Positions 8,585-18,275 of a stretch of 64,000 nucleotides of DNA are shown here, in pieces; position 1 is the first letter of the stretch; every line of letters starts with the position of its first letter. The stretch is taken from assembly GCA_050015395.1 (NCBI GenBank), contig JBEKBM010000008.1, forward strand, positions 33,244-97,243, given 5' to 3'. The stretch is from Candidatus Bathyarchaeia archaeon (GTDB lineage Archaea; Thermoproteota; Bathyarchaeia; Bathyarchaeales; Bathycorpusculaceae). The translations under genes and the position numbers were made by a program. Below the pieces are notes generated by a model that was given only the letters and a program-made list of their open reading frames with translations, was not told the DNA's origin and ran no database searches.

Positions 8585-9490
8585 ATGGCGTTAGCGGATA
8601 AAATCCTAAAGCTCAAGAAAGAAAAGAAAGCTGTGATATTAGCTCATAATTACCAAAGACCAGAAATCCAGAACATAGCTGACTACGTCGGCGACAGCAT
8701 TGAACTGAGCCGCAAAGCGGTTGAGGAAAAAGATGCTGAAATGATTGTTTTCTCAGCTGTAGATTTCATGGCTGAATCAGCAGCGATTCTCAATCCAGAA
8801 AAGAAAGTTCTTTTGCCCTGTTTAGGCGCACGTTGTCCAATGGCGCAGATGCTTACGGTTGATGAGATAAAACGTGCTAAAGCCCAATACCCAAAGGCTC
8901 CAGTAGTGCTGTACGTGAACACTTTGGCTGTGTGCAAAGCCAACTGCGACGTTTGCTGCACCAGCGCCAATGCTGTGGAAGTCATAAAATCTCTCGACGC
9001 AGACACGATTCTGTTTGGTCCAGACCGTAATCTAGCCGAGTACGTTTCTGAGAAAACGGGTAAAACGTTGATTCCGATTCCTGAATGGGGATTTTGCCCA
9101 ACGCACCTGCTTTTCCAGCCTGAAGATGTAATGGTCCTAAAGATGCAGCATCCAGACGCGACTGTTATGGTTCATCCTGAATGTAGCTCTGAAATGCGCA
9201 AAGTAGCTGATTACGTTGGCAGCACCTCAAAGATGTGCCGTTACGCAAAAGAATCCAGCGCCAAAGACTTCATAGTTGGAACTGAAGAAGGTATTCTGCA
9301 CCGCCTGCGGAAAGAGAACCCTGAGAAAAACTTTTACTTGGCGTATGAAGATGCAATATGCCCAAACATGAAGTTGACAACGCTTGATCGCCTGTATATT
9401 GCGTTGAAAGAGGAGAAGAATGTGGTTAAGGTTCCGGAGGCAGTTGCGAAGAAGGCTCGTGCTTCACTTGAGAGGATGTTTGAGGTTTAA
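8585..9490 (+). CDS. nadA: Quinolinate synthase
   Basis: ILAHNYQ, CPMA, CCTSANA, HPEC, GSTS, CPNMK. Confidence 0.97.
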   Translation: MALADKILKLKKEKKAVILAHNYQRPEIQNIADYVGDSIELSRKAVEEKDAEMIVFSAVDFMAESAAILNPEKKVLLPCLGARCPMAQMLTVDEIKRAKAQYPKAPVVLYVNTLAVCKANCDVCCTSANAVEVIKSLDADTILFGPDRNLAEYVSEKTGKTLIPIPEWGFCPTHLLFQPEDVMVLKMQHPDATVMVHPECSSEMRKVADYVGSTSKMCRYAKESSAKDFIVGTEEGILHRLRKENPEKNFYLAYEDAICPNMKLTTLDRLYIALKEEKNVVKVPEAVAKKARASLERMFEV

Positions 9491-9894
9491 ACGGTTACTA
9501 TTGTTGTTTTGAGGATTTTTACTCCTCTTCTTGTTGTTAATTCGTCGCTTAGTTCGCGTAGTTCTGAGGCTTTACCTTTAACTGCTATGGCTTCTAAGCA
9601 GTCTCGTTGGCTAATGTGAATATGCATGGTTGCTGTAATCAGTGAGGAGTGTTCATGCTGCGTTTCGGTTAGTTCACTTTCAAGTCCTTTCACATCATGG
9701 TCATAAACCATCAGCAAAATGCCTGTTTGGATCGTATCTTCTTCTTTGAGCCATTTTCGCTCGGAAACGTACAGTCTTACAGCGTCTTGTATGGCTTTGC
9801 TGCGGCTTTCGTAGCCCATTTTGCTTATGATTTCGTCGAACTCTTTGAGGAGTTCAGGTGGGAACGTTACGCCTATGCGGGTGACTTTTGACAT
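9487..9894 (-). CDS. nikR: Nickel-responsive regulator NikR
   Basis: N-terminal RHH (RIGVTF..ELL.EFD...GY.SRSKAI.DA), YDH, QH, HIH..CLE. Confidence 0.93.
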   Translation of the reverse strand: MSKVTRIGVTFPPELLKEFDEIISKMGYESRSKAIQDAVRLYVSERKWLKEEDTIQTGILLMVYDHDVKGLESELTETQHEHSSLITATMHIHISQRDCLEAIAVKGKASELRELSDELTTRRGVKILKTTIVTV

Positions 9895-9946
9895 GGACAT
9901 CGCTGATGAATGTGGGTGTTTTGTACCTAAAAGCTTTTATACGTTT

Positions 9947-9976
9947 AGTAACACCATTTCGAAGAAAAGTGTTACT
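9947..9976. promoter_or_regulatory. Putative NikR operator AGTAACAC-N14-GTGTTACT, just downstream of TATA (TTTTATA 9935-9941)
   Basis: Perfect 8-bp inverted repeat; 6-16-6 geometry as in NikR sites; lies between divergent nikR and the NiCoT gene. Confidence 0.8.
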
Positions 9977-9992
9977 GAAGGACTTTGTGAAA

Positions 9993-11072
9993 TTGACGGA
10001 AAAAAACTCTGAGTTCGGGCTGTCAAGCAACGAGAAAATCAAGGTAGCTATAATTTTCGCCACTATTCTAACCGTTACCGTGTTTGGTTTTATTGCATCA
10101 TTTGTTATTGGAGAAATCGCCGTGGTTCTTGCAGGTCTCGGACTAATATGTTACGTTCTTGGGTTGCGTCACGGTGTTGACGTTGACCACATAGCAGCTA
10201 TCGATAATACGACGAGAAAATTGATTCAGCAGGGGAAGCGTCCCTCTACGGTTGGATTGTGGTTTTCTCTTGGGCATTCCACGATAGTCGTTGGTCTTAT
10301 AGTGGGTCTAGTCTTGGCGACGCGGGCTGTTGCAGCTAATATTCCTGCTCTTGAAAGTTCAGGTGCAATAGTCGGAACCCTAGTATCGGGTGGTTTTCTT
10401 TGGATTATAGGCTTAATTAACGCTGTCATCGTGCTTGGAATCTACCGAGTCTTCCAGGGTTTAAAGCAAGGTAAGTTAAATCAGGATGAGCTCGACAATC
10501 TGCTTGACAAACGTGGTTTCATGAATAGGTTTTTCCATCCGCTCTTCAAAATCGTAAGTGAACCTTGGCAGATCTATCCAATTGGTGTACTTTTTGGCTT
10601 AGGATTTGATACCGCGACCGAAGTTGCCCTCATCGCTATAAGCATAGGAGTAGGCGTTTCCACACATATTCCTCTGTATTATATTCTGATTCTTCCGTTA
10701 ATGTTTACGTGCGGCATGGTCCTGGTAGATACTTCAGATGGTGTTACGATGAGGGTAGCTTACGGTTGGGCTTTCTATAACCCCATACGGAAGATATACT
10801 ATAATTTGACAATCACGGTCATGTCGGTGCTTGTTGCGTGGGTGATAGGTACAGTGGAGCTTTTGCAGGTGCTTTCAACTGAATTGAACCTTAGCGGGTG
10901 GTTTTGGGGCTGGCTCAACGGACTGGATTTTGAATCGATAGGTTTCGGAATAGTTCTCATCTTCGTTCTGTCTTGGCTGGTTGCCTACGGGTACTGGCGG
11001 TACAAGCGATATGATAAGCAGTTCCCGCTCAACCAGTCAGGGCAATATTCAATAAACTCCGACACCAGATAG
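9993..11072 (+). CDS. HoxN/HupN/NixA (NiCoT) nickel/cobalt permease
   Basis: GLRHG.D.DHIAAIDN, FSLGHST, GLGFDTATE; likely TTG start at 9993. Confidence 0.92.
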   Translation: MTEKNSEFGLSSNEKIKVAIIFATILTVTVFGFIASFVIGEIAVVLAGLGLICYVLGLRHGVDVDHIAAIDNTTRKLIQQGKRPSTVGLWFSLGHSTIVVGLIVGLVLATRAVAANIPALESSGAIVGTLVSGGFLWIIGLINAVIVLGIYRVFQGLKQGKLNQDELDNLLDKRGFMNRFFHPLFKIVSEPWQIYPIGVLFGLGFDTATEVALIAISIGVGVSTHIPLYYILILPLMFTCGMVLVDTSDGVTMRVAYGWAFYNPIRKIYYNLTITVMSVLVAWVIGTVELLQVLSTELNLSGWFWGWLNGLDFESIGFGIVLIFVLSWLVAYGYWRYKRYDKQFPLNQSGQYSINSDTR

Positions 11073-11085
11073 ACAGCGAAGGAAA

Positions 11086-11523
11086 ATGCCTGAACCAAAA
11101 GAACTCGCAGCAACCATAGAATTCGCCCGAAAACTACACGGGCACGTAGGACCATACTTGGTTATCGGCTTAAAGATGGGTGTTGTAGCCAAAAAAGCCC
11201 TAAACATTTCCGACACAGAATGCACGCATCTGACGGCAGAAGCTGCTGTGCCGTTGCATCCGCCGTTTTCCTGCTTGCTAGACGGCATACAGGTTTCCAC
11301 AACCTGCACAATCGGCAACCAAAGACTCAAAATCAAAAACTCAAAAACCATTCAGGCAACCTTTAGAAGCCAAAAAGACGCAAAGACAGTGAAAATAACA
11401 CTTACCAAACACTTCAGTGAACAACTAGAACAAAAGCAAAAACAAGACAAGCTAGACGAAGCGTTCGCTTGGGAACTCGCCGAATTACCTGAGAATCAAC
11501 TATTCAACATTACCCTTGAGTAG
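11086..11523 (+). CDS. FmdE-family (formylmethanofuran dehydrogenase subunit E-like) protein
   Basis: LHGHVGPYLVIG.KMG, SCLLDGIQVST.CT.GN. Confidence 0.88.
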   Translation: MPEPKELAATIEFARKLHGHVGPYLVIGLKMGVVAKKALNISDTECTHLTAEAAVPLHPPFSCLLDGIQVSTTCTIGNQRLKIKNSKTIQATFRSQKDAKTVKITLTKHFSEQLEQKQKQDKLDEAFAWELAELPENQLFNITLE

Positions 11524-11575
11524 TTTAGAGCCAATAGTGTTTTTAGCAGCCCAGCGTTGAAATTAGTGAACAATC

Positions 11576-12010
11576 ATGCAAGACCTCGAAATAGCCAAAA
11601 AAAAAACAGCTCTATGATAAGCAGCTAACGCTTGCCATAGCTAAAAACGGCCAAATGCTGTTCCAAACCGACTCTCACAGAATTTCTGGTTTTATAGGTG
11701 CAATAGACAAATTGGGCGCCCAGCTAAATGGTGCTTCAGTTGCGGATCGAGTTGCTTGCAAAGCATTAGGTTGCTGTGCGTTTACGCTGGGATACGTGAG
11801 GTTTACGCGGTAGTTTTAAGCAAAAAAGCTAAAGCAGTGTTTGAAGAGAACAAGGTAGCCGTTGAGTGGAAGCAGTTAGTGGATAATGTTCTTGACTTAA
11901 ACAAGACGGGCGTGTGCCCCTTCGAGAAAGTTGCCGCTGGCATATCCGACTCCAAGGATTCTTATGGTGCATTCAAGGCTTTGCTGGAGAAGATGAAGCC
12001 CTGCAAATAA
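11576..12010 (+). pseudogene. DUF1893 (TM1506-like) protein disrupted by two frameshifts
   Basis: ATG at 11576; A10 tract at 11597-11606 shifts the frame; the ADRV..KA motif is in another frame; second shift near 11769; C-terminal CPFE. Confidence 0.7.
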
Positions 12011-12086
12011 AACGGAAGTTGGTCGCGAACGGTTTATATCAAGCAAATCCTAAAATAGTAAATTAGAAAAGAGGAGAAAAGAACAA

Positions 12087-12413
12087 ATGAGCACTGAACC
12101 TTTTCACGTAACAGACTCCAATTTTGAGGAAACAATCAAGAAAAACAAGATAGTTTTCGTTGATTTCTGGGCTAATTGGTGTGGACCATGCCGAGCTTTA
12201 GCTCCAACGGTAGTGGAATTAGCGAAAGAGTACAGTGGGAAAGCCTTAATTGGCAAACTTGACGTTGACGAGAACCCTGCTACGGCTGAGCGCTTCCAAG
12301 TTTTCAGCATACCAACCATGATAATTTTCAAAAACGGTTCTGAAGCTGAAAGACTTGTGGGCTTATGCCCAAAAAACAGGATAACTGACACTCTAAACAA
12401 ACATTCAGAGTAG
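12087..12413 (+). CDS. trxA: Thioredoxin
   Basis: DFWANWCGPC, SIPT. Confidence 0.97.
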   Translation: MSTEPFHVTDSNFEETIKKNKIVFVDFWANWCGPCRALAPTVVELAKEYSGKALIGKLDVDENPATAERFQVFSIPTMIIFKNGSEAERLVGLCPKNRITDTLNKHSE

Positions 12414-12415
12414 CC

Positions 12416-13057
12416 TTAGGCACTTTTCATTTTTTCATACATTTTCTCGAAAGTCCAGCGGATGCTCGACTTAAGCTCCTTGAGCCGTTCATCATCCACA
12501 TTTCTAATTATTATTTCTCTTATCAAGTCTCCCTCACGGACAATGTTGTAAGAGAACATTTTATCCGCTGTTAACTGCTTTGTCCTGACTAGCTCACTAT
12601 CTTTCTCTTGCATTTTAGCGAAGATTTTTTCAACAAGAAAATTACTGAAAGGCGGCGTGTTAACACTGAAGTTTTTGCTTTCATCAGGCAACACATGCAT
12701 ACCCTGTTTATCAAAAATAATCAGCGCCAACGGCTCATCAGTCATAGTTTTCAATGGTATAACGGTTTCCTGTTCAGGCATACGCTGGGCGACAGGCTTT
12801 GAAGTGTCAGACGTATATTGAACAACAACCTTTGGGGGTTCAGGCTCTTGTTTTGGCAAAACAACCTCTTTAGGCGCAGGAGCCTCAGGCGCTTCTTTAA
12901 TGTCTCCACGCCTGAAGCCCTTATCAAGCAAGATACCATTAACCGTATCCAAGGCAGCTTGAACCTCTTTAGATTCAGCAGTTAATTTTTCCAGTTGCTC
13001 TTCCATTCGCTTTTTGAATGCGATGAGTGATTTCATTTTTTCCTGGTCTTGAGCCAA
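12416..13057 (-). CDS. Conserved archaeal hypothetical protein with N-terminal coiled coil
   Basis: 213-aa ORF, TPPF..FL and RWT.EKM motifs; co-oriented with lig. Confidence 0.75.
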   Translation of the reverse strand: MAQDQEKMKSLIAFKKRMEEQLEKLTAESKEVQAALDTVNGILLDKGFRRGDIKEAPEAPAPKEVVLPKQEPEPPKVVVQYTSDTSKPVAQRMPEQETVIPLKTMTDEPLALIIFDKQGMHVLPDESKNFSVNTPPFSNFLVEKIFAKMQEKDSELVRTKQLTADKMFSYNIVREGDLIREIIIRNVDDERLKELKSSIRWTFEKMYEKMKSA

Positions 13058-13113
13058 CGTAATTCACGCACGCTGAGTATTTTAGCGGTTGATGCTTATC
13101 AGTTTTAGCTTTT

Positions 13114-14886
13114 CTATGCCTGCGGAGACTCGCTAATTTTCTTCAGTTGGGCACGATACATCTCCACTATCTCTTTTGAAGTAGTCGCGTCTTCTGGGCT
13201 TTTGTCGGTTCGGTATTTACCTGTGAAACGTGGAAAACGAATCGCTAAACCACTTCCCTTGCGTATTGAATCCATAGCGCATGTGTGAATGGGGCTTAAA
13301 GTGATTTCAGCACCTAAAATCTCAAGCACCAAGCTGGGTTCAAACCAAACGTCCGCCTCCAACATCGACTGGACACGCGAATTCTTGCGGGGAATCACAT
13401 GCTTCTGAAGCGTTTCATGAAGCGTTGCAAGGTCTTTGTCTGTGAAGCCTGTGCCGCATTTGGTGACGGTTTCAAAAGTGTCCCCTTCATCGTTATAGGT
13501 GGCTAAAAGCAAAGCACCGTACCTTCCCGCCCGTTTTCCTCTTCCATGAAAAGCGCCCACCACCACTAGGTCCACGGTGTCAGTCATCTCGCTTTTGTAG
13601 TCACGCTTGTATTTTATCCAAAGCCACCCTCGGCTTCCCGCTTGGTAAACTGAGTCTTTGGCGACGGATTTGCACATTAAGCCTTCGCAGCCTTCCGCTA
13701 TTGCTTCCTCAAAGAAGTCTTCAAGCGCCTTTGGATTGTTGACAAGTTTTTGAATGGCTGGTGTTACGCGGTCAGTTTTTTTAACTATTTTTTCAAGCTC
13801 TTTGCGTCTGTGGGGAAGAGGTTCAAGGGTTAAGTCTTTGCCGTCAACATAGAGTAAGTCAAAGGGGAAAAGCGAAATAGGATACTGCTCTATGGCTGCT
13901 TCCACGCCATACTTGCGTCTCCGATGCATTAACTCTTGAAATGGGCGCATATCGCCTGTTTCTAAATCCATCGCCACACATTCAGCTTCCAAAATCACTT
14001 CTTTTGCAGCAATTTTTTCCTTGATTAATTCAACCGCGTCAGGATACTGGCTAGAAATGTTCTCTAAACGCCTAGAAAACAGCACAACTTTGCCGTCTTT
14101 CTTGTGTGCCTGCACCCGTTCCCCATCATACTTGTATTCGGCTACGCATTTGCCGCCGAACTTCTCTAAAATCTCTTCAGGCGAAGCCAACCGCTCTGCC
14201 AGCATGGGCCTTATGGGTTCAAAAACCACAACTTGAAACTCTTTAATTCCATCCAAACCCTTTTCTACAACTACGTTTGCAACTCTGCCAAGGTCAGAAG
14301 AAATGCTATAAGCGCGCTCAACGAGTTCTCGGGCTTCCTTTCCGCCGCCGTACGCTATTGCTAACGCGTCAAGAACCGTCATGTCCGCAATGCCTAGCCG
14401 CAGGTTGCTTGTTACGGTGCGAATTATCCATTTTGCTTCTTTAGGCGAGGCATCAGTTAAAAGACTGGAGAGAAGCGCCATTTTGGTGTCTACAGCGCCA
14501 GAGCCGGAGGTTTTGGCCATTTTATCAAGCGTCTCATAGACGTGCTCAACCGTAAGCGTTCTAGTAAAGAAGGTGGATTGTTTCCGTTTAACCAAAAGTT
14601 TCTCTGCCGTTTCGCCGATGTCCCCGCTTTTTTGCAGTTCAGGTAGAATTACACTTTCGCTTTGTCCAGACGCTCGGGCTAGCGCTTTTATTGCTAGTTT
14701 TTCGGCAATGCCCATCTCAACGCCCATGAAGTCTGGGTACAATTTGCCCTGCGTTAAATAAACAACCCTTGCTATGACGTCTTTGGGCGTTTTTTTTAAC
14801 AAGTCAACTAGTAAATCTGTCATTTCTAGGCGTTTTGTGGTTGCTTCAATTTTTTCGTAGGAGTCAGCGATTACGGCGTAATCCAT
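13114..14886 (-). CDS. lig: ATP-dependent DNA ligase
   Basis: EYKYDGER, EGLMCK, WIKYK, IRFPRF. Confidence 0.98.
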   Translation of the reverse strand: MDYAVIADSYEKIEATTKRLEMTDLLVDLLKKTPKDVIARVVYLTQGKLYPDFMGVEMGIAEKLAIKALARASGQSESVILPELQKSGDIGETAEKLLVKRKQSTFFTRTLTVEHVYETLDKMAKTSGSGAVDTKMALLSSLLTDASPKEAKWIIRTVTSNLRLGIADMTVLDALAIAYGGGKEARELVERAYSISSDLGRVANVVVEKGLDGIKEFQVVVFEPIRPMLAERLASPEEILEKFGGKCVAEYKYDGERVQAHKKDGKVVLFSRRLENISSQYPDAVELIKEKIAAKEVILEAECVAMDLETGDMRPFQELMHRRRKYGVEAAIEQYPISLFPFDLLYVDGKDLTLEPLPHRRKELEKIVKKTDRVTPAIQKLVNNPKALEDFFEEAIAEGCEGLMCKSVAKDSVYQAGSRGWLWIKYKRDYKSEMTDTVDLVVVGAFHGRGKRAGRYGALLLATYNDEGDTFETVTKCGTGFTDKDLATLHETLQKHVIPRKNSRVQSMLEADVWFEPSLVLEILGAEITLSPIHTCAMDSIRKGSGLAIRFPRFTGKYRTDKSPEDATTSKEIVEMYRAQLKKISESPQA

Positions 14887-15116
14887 ATTTTTCGCTCAAA
14901 AGAATACTGATTGCAGCACTTATTAAAATTATATTGATGTTTTTTCTTTTTTAGTTGTCTTGCGGCGAATTCGCCTCTTGGAGACTTGGAACCCAGACTT
15001 TAGATATTCCTTCTTTTTGCACATCCATAGTCAATATACCAATATATAAACAAAACGAACGCATCGCAAATTTTTGAAGCATTTACCAGATAAAGGGAGA
15101 AGATGCTAACTATAAT

Positions 15117-15590
15117 TTATTCTGAAGAAGCTAAAGCTCCCAGAAGAATTATCCCGAGCCCTAGGAGTAATAAACCGCCAATAGAATCTCTCTTTTCTTT
15201 CTCAATTTTAAGCTGATTAAGGTATTGCGCAGTACGTTCGTAACTAAGCCTAGGATTATCTCTGTCGAATACGATAAATGCCTTTTGGGCTAAAAATTGA
15301 GGTATGTTGGAGCCCTTTTCAACAAACGGAAGCACTATTTTATTTAGTGCCACAGCCATGCCTAATTCATAGTTCACGTTCTCCAACCGAGAACCACCTT
15401 TTCCCATTATTGCCAATAGACAATCACTAGTCTGAATCTGGTTTCTTACAAATTGTTCATAGGGTAAGCTCATTGCCTCATTATTGGGAGACAATACTGA
15501 TATAATGCCATATCGCTCAAGATTATTTTTCAATTCATTAGCAACTGTGCTGTCTAAAACACTCGAAGAGATAAAAACCTTAAAAGTCAT
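15117..15590 (-). CDS. TIR-domain protein with C-terminal transmembrane tail
   Basis: VFISSS, NVNYELGMA (catalytic-position E), terminal GGLLLLGLGIILLGALAS. Confidence 0.8.
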   Translation of the reverse strand: MTFKVFISSSVLDSTVANELKNNLERYGIISVLSPNNEAMSLPYEQFVRNQIQTSDCLLAIMGKGGSRLENVNYELGMAVALNKIVLPFVEKGSNIPQFLAQKAFIVFDRDNPRLSYERTAQYLNQLKIEKEKRDSIGGLLLLGLGIILLGALASSE

Positions 15591-16180
15591 TTTTTAGCCT
15601 CGTATTTTTTTCCGAACTTTTCATTTAATTTCAAAGAAGCAACAACAGTAATTATAATCGCTTGTGCGGATGAACTGAGCGACATTGCACTTAATTTTGA
15701 AAATACCTCTTGTACGGTTTCCATTGGATTCTGTTTAAGTTCAACATAGCGGGCAGTTTCAATAAGCCCTTTTATTCTTATGTTCCCCTTTCTCAATGGT
15801 ATGACTGGTACGCCTTTACCAAGCGCATATCCTATTTCTTGATTAACCCAAGGGCTGGTTCTAGAATTCTGCGTAAATATAACAAGGAATAATTCACTAT
15901 TATCAATGGCGTTCTTTACTTGATCAGGAAGAAAACTACCCAAAGGTGCATCCCTATCGGCAAAGAAATTTTGGACGCGTAATGTTTCAAATATTTCGCA
16001 GAGGTCCTGCACGTACAACCCTGTGTCCTTTGTACTATGAGAAATAAAGAAAACGTATTTCTTTATGCTACTCTTTTCCTCATTCACCAAGTTCATTGAG
16101 AGCCACTTAGTATATTGATATGCACTAAGTCTATTCAAAAGGCTATCGCTTGGTTTATTACGCTTTTGATTTTCAGACAC
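15587..16180 (-). CDS. TIR-domain protein (TIR_2-like)
   Basis: FFISHSTKD, AIDNSELFLVIFT.NS..SPWVNQEIGYA; stop overlaps the next start (ATGA). Confidence 0.88.
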   Translation of the reverse strand: MSENQKRNKPSDSLLNRLSAYQYTKWLSMNLVNEEKSSIKKYVFFISHSTKDTGLYVQDLCEIFETLRVQNFFADRDAPLGSFLPDQVKNAIDNSELFLVIFTQNSRTSPWVNQEIGYALGKGVPVIPLRKGNIRIKGLIETARYVELKQNPMETVQEVFSKLSAMSLSSSAQAIIITVVASLKLNEKFGKKYEAKK

Positions 16181-16185
16181 ACTTG

Positions 16186-16899
16186 CTACAGAATATACAT
16201 AAAATTTCCTTTATCAAATGTGTAAGAGACAATATTCTTTCCTTTTATTTCTACGCTCCAATTTTGTGAGCTAAAACCACGGTCAGTCCTAGTCGAGTGC
16301 CGACCTTTTATTAGCCATAAATCGCCTTTTGGTTCGATTGAATTTACCGTCACCGAAGAGGGTTTCTTTTCCTGGTTTACGAACTCTGTCGCAATCTTCT
16401 TAGCTTCATCCATTTCAATTAATCCTTCTTTTAGTTCTTTTGTCGAGGGTTCTTTAATTTTTTCGGTTAAACCTGATAGCTCAAATGCTTTCTCAAGAAT
16501 CGCAGTTACTGTTCGAATGCATTCAGAATCACTTGCTAGGTCAAATTTGTCATAGTCTGTAATGTTTTCTATCAATCTCGGAAACTGCTTGTCCATTGAC
16601 ACGGTGTTGTCCATCCAGCAATAGATAGGAATACCCTTGGTTTTGGCAACAGCGATCTCAAATACAACCCAGTCTCTTGTGTGTTGATCAAGTACTACGT
16701 TGGGGGTCATGATGATGAAAAGACCCATAGAATTGCTAATTGCTTCAATGATTTTTTCAACGGGATTCTTTCCCTCCATTTCACGTATAGCAAAATAAGG
16801 GGTTATTCTCCTTCCTTTGAAGACAAGCGTAATTAGATCAATCAGTTTAGTATCTTTTGTGCTATGTGATACAAAGATTTGACAAGGATTGGAAGTCAT
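16186..16899 (-). CDS. TIR-domain protein with extra C-terminal helix+beta domain
   Basis: IFVSHSTKD, DWVVFEIAVAK.KG.PI; C-terminal EAKKIA.EFV...W.I.G. Confidence 0.8.
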   Translation of the reverse strand: MTSNPCQIFVSHSTKDTKLIDLITLVFKGRRITPYFAIREMEGKNPVEKIIEAISNSMGLFIIMTPNVVLDQHTRDWVVFEIAVAKTKGIPIYCWMDNTVSMDKQFPRLIENITDYDKFDLASDSECIRTVTAILEKAFELSGLTEKIKEPSTKELKEGLIEMDEAKKIATEFVNQEKKPSSVTVNSIEPKGDLWLIKGRHSTRTDRGFSSQNWSVEIKGKNIVSYTFDKGNFMYIL

Positions 16900-17122
16900 T
16901 TATTACCCCATTTAGAGAGATTACAATTATTATATAAGCTCAAGCAATCGCTTGTCAAAGGTAAGGAAAAGTAGATAAGCGTTGTCGCTAAGTAATTACC
17001 AAAATTTCTCATTTTCGTCTTTTTCGATGATTTTATTGGTTTTCTGAATAAAAATGAAGGTTTTTTAAGAAAAGCTTTTAGTCGTTATATGTAGCATGTA
17101 GTGGGTTTGTGAGGCGATTTGG

Positions 17123-17227
17123 ATGCAGAAGAAGTGTCCGGTTTGTAAGCAGGTTTATACTACGTTTGATAGTAAGAAGAAGTATTGCAGTGATGCTTGC
17201 GCTAAGAAGGCTGGCAAAGCAAAGTAG
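17123..17227 (+). CDS. 34-aa Zn-finger microprotein (CxxC...YCS..C)
   Basis: MQKKCPVCKQVYTTFDSKKKYCSDACAKKAGKAK*; GAGG RBS and TATA-like element upstream. Confidence 0.65.
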   Translation: MQKKCPVCKQVYTTFDSKKKYCSDACAKKAGKAK

Positions 17228-17750
17228 AGCCATAAGCTAAAAGAAGAAAGCAAGGCTACCCCAACAACGCGACACTACTTACACCACCTTAATGAAGCCC
17301 AACACCAAGCAGCCCAAAACTTTGGAGCCGCCAAAGGTCAAGCTGATTCGCCATCTTTGTCTATTTCCTGAATTGCATCATTAAAAAAATTGTGTATATT
17401 TAGTTCTTGTTTTTTCTTTTCTACCGCTTTTCCTCTACATCAAAAAACAGATTTTTCTATGTTGAAAAGCACTGTTCTGCATGCAAAGTGCGCGGTTTTC
17501 GTTCTATGCACATCTATGTTGAATCATATTTGGAGCCTATTAGGCTCATCTAGTAGACCGGGTAGGTAGGCTGAGCACACACAAATACCCTAAAACAAAA
17601 AACGAGAGCTAAATACATACCCAAGCAAAAAGCTTACTCTATTCCAGCAGAAAGCACCCATTCGGCAAATATTTTGGAAAAAAAGGAAATAGAATGCAAA
17701 GAACAGTTAACCGCCTTACAGATTCAAGTAAGGCAGTTTTATGCGTTGAT

Positions 17751-18275
17751 TTATTTTGGTGTTGTCAAATATTTAAGGTGTAATGGCTTGATTACGATTC
17801 CAGCCTTCAAATCAGCATGGAAAGTTTGGCTTTCAACCACCCACTCAGATAGTTCTGAATCATGCGCTCTTATGAACTCAGCGAAATTTGAAAAGTTTTC
17901 ATGAAGCGAAATGCAGACAGCATCCCAACCCATCCCTCTCCCGTCCAAAACGAGAATCACATTGGGTTGTTTCATGTACCATTCTCGCATTTTCTGTAAA
18001 GCTTGATTTTTTTCTTCGCCTGTTTTAAGCTTAAGTTTGCTTTTCAAAAACGTGAAAGCTGCTATTTCAAACCCGATTTGACCAAACTTTGGTATAACAG
18101 TGTATCCTTCTATGAAGTTTTCTTCGAGCATAGCTCTTCTTCGGGTCACTGTAGGTTGGGAAACACCTAGGGATTTTGCTAGTTGCCTATCGCTTCTGTG
18201 AGAATCCTTCATTAATTCAAACAGTATTTTGTAATCTATAGGTTTCAGTTCTTTCATTACAACCAACTTCATCAT
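17751..18275 (-). CDS. Lrp/AsnC-family wHTH transcription regulator
   Basis: DYKILFELMKDSHRSDRQLAK.LGVSQPTVTRRR..LE...I.GYT. Confidence 0.9.
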   Translation of the reverse strand: MMKLVVMKELKPIDYKILFELMKDSHRSDRQLAKSLGVSQPTVTRRRAMLEENFIEGYTVIPKFGQIGFEIAAFTFLKSKLKLKTGEEKNQALQKMREWYMKQPNVILVLDGRGMGWDAVCISLHENFSNFAEFIRAHDSELSEWVVESQTFHADLKAGIVIKPLHLKYLTTPK

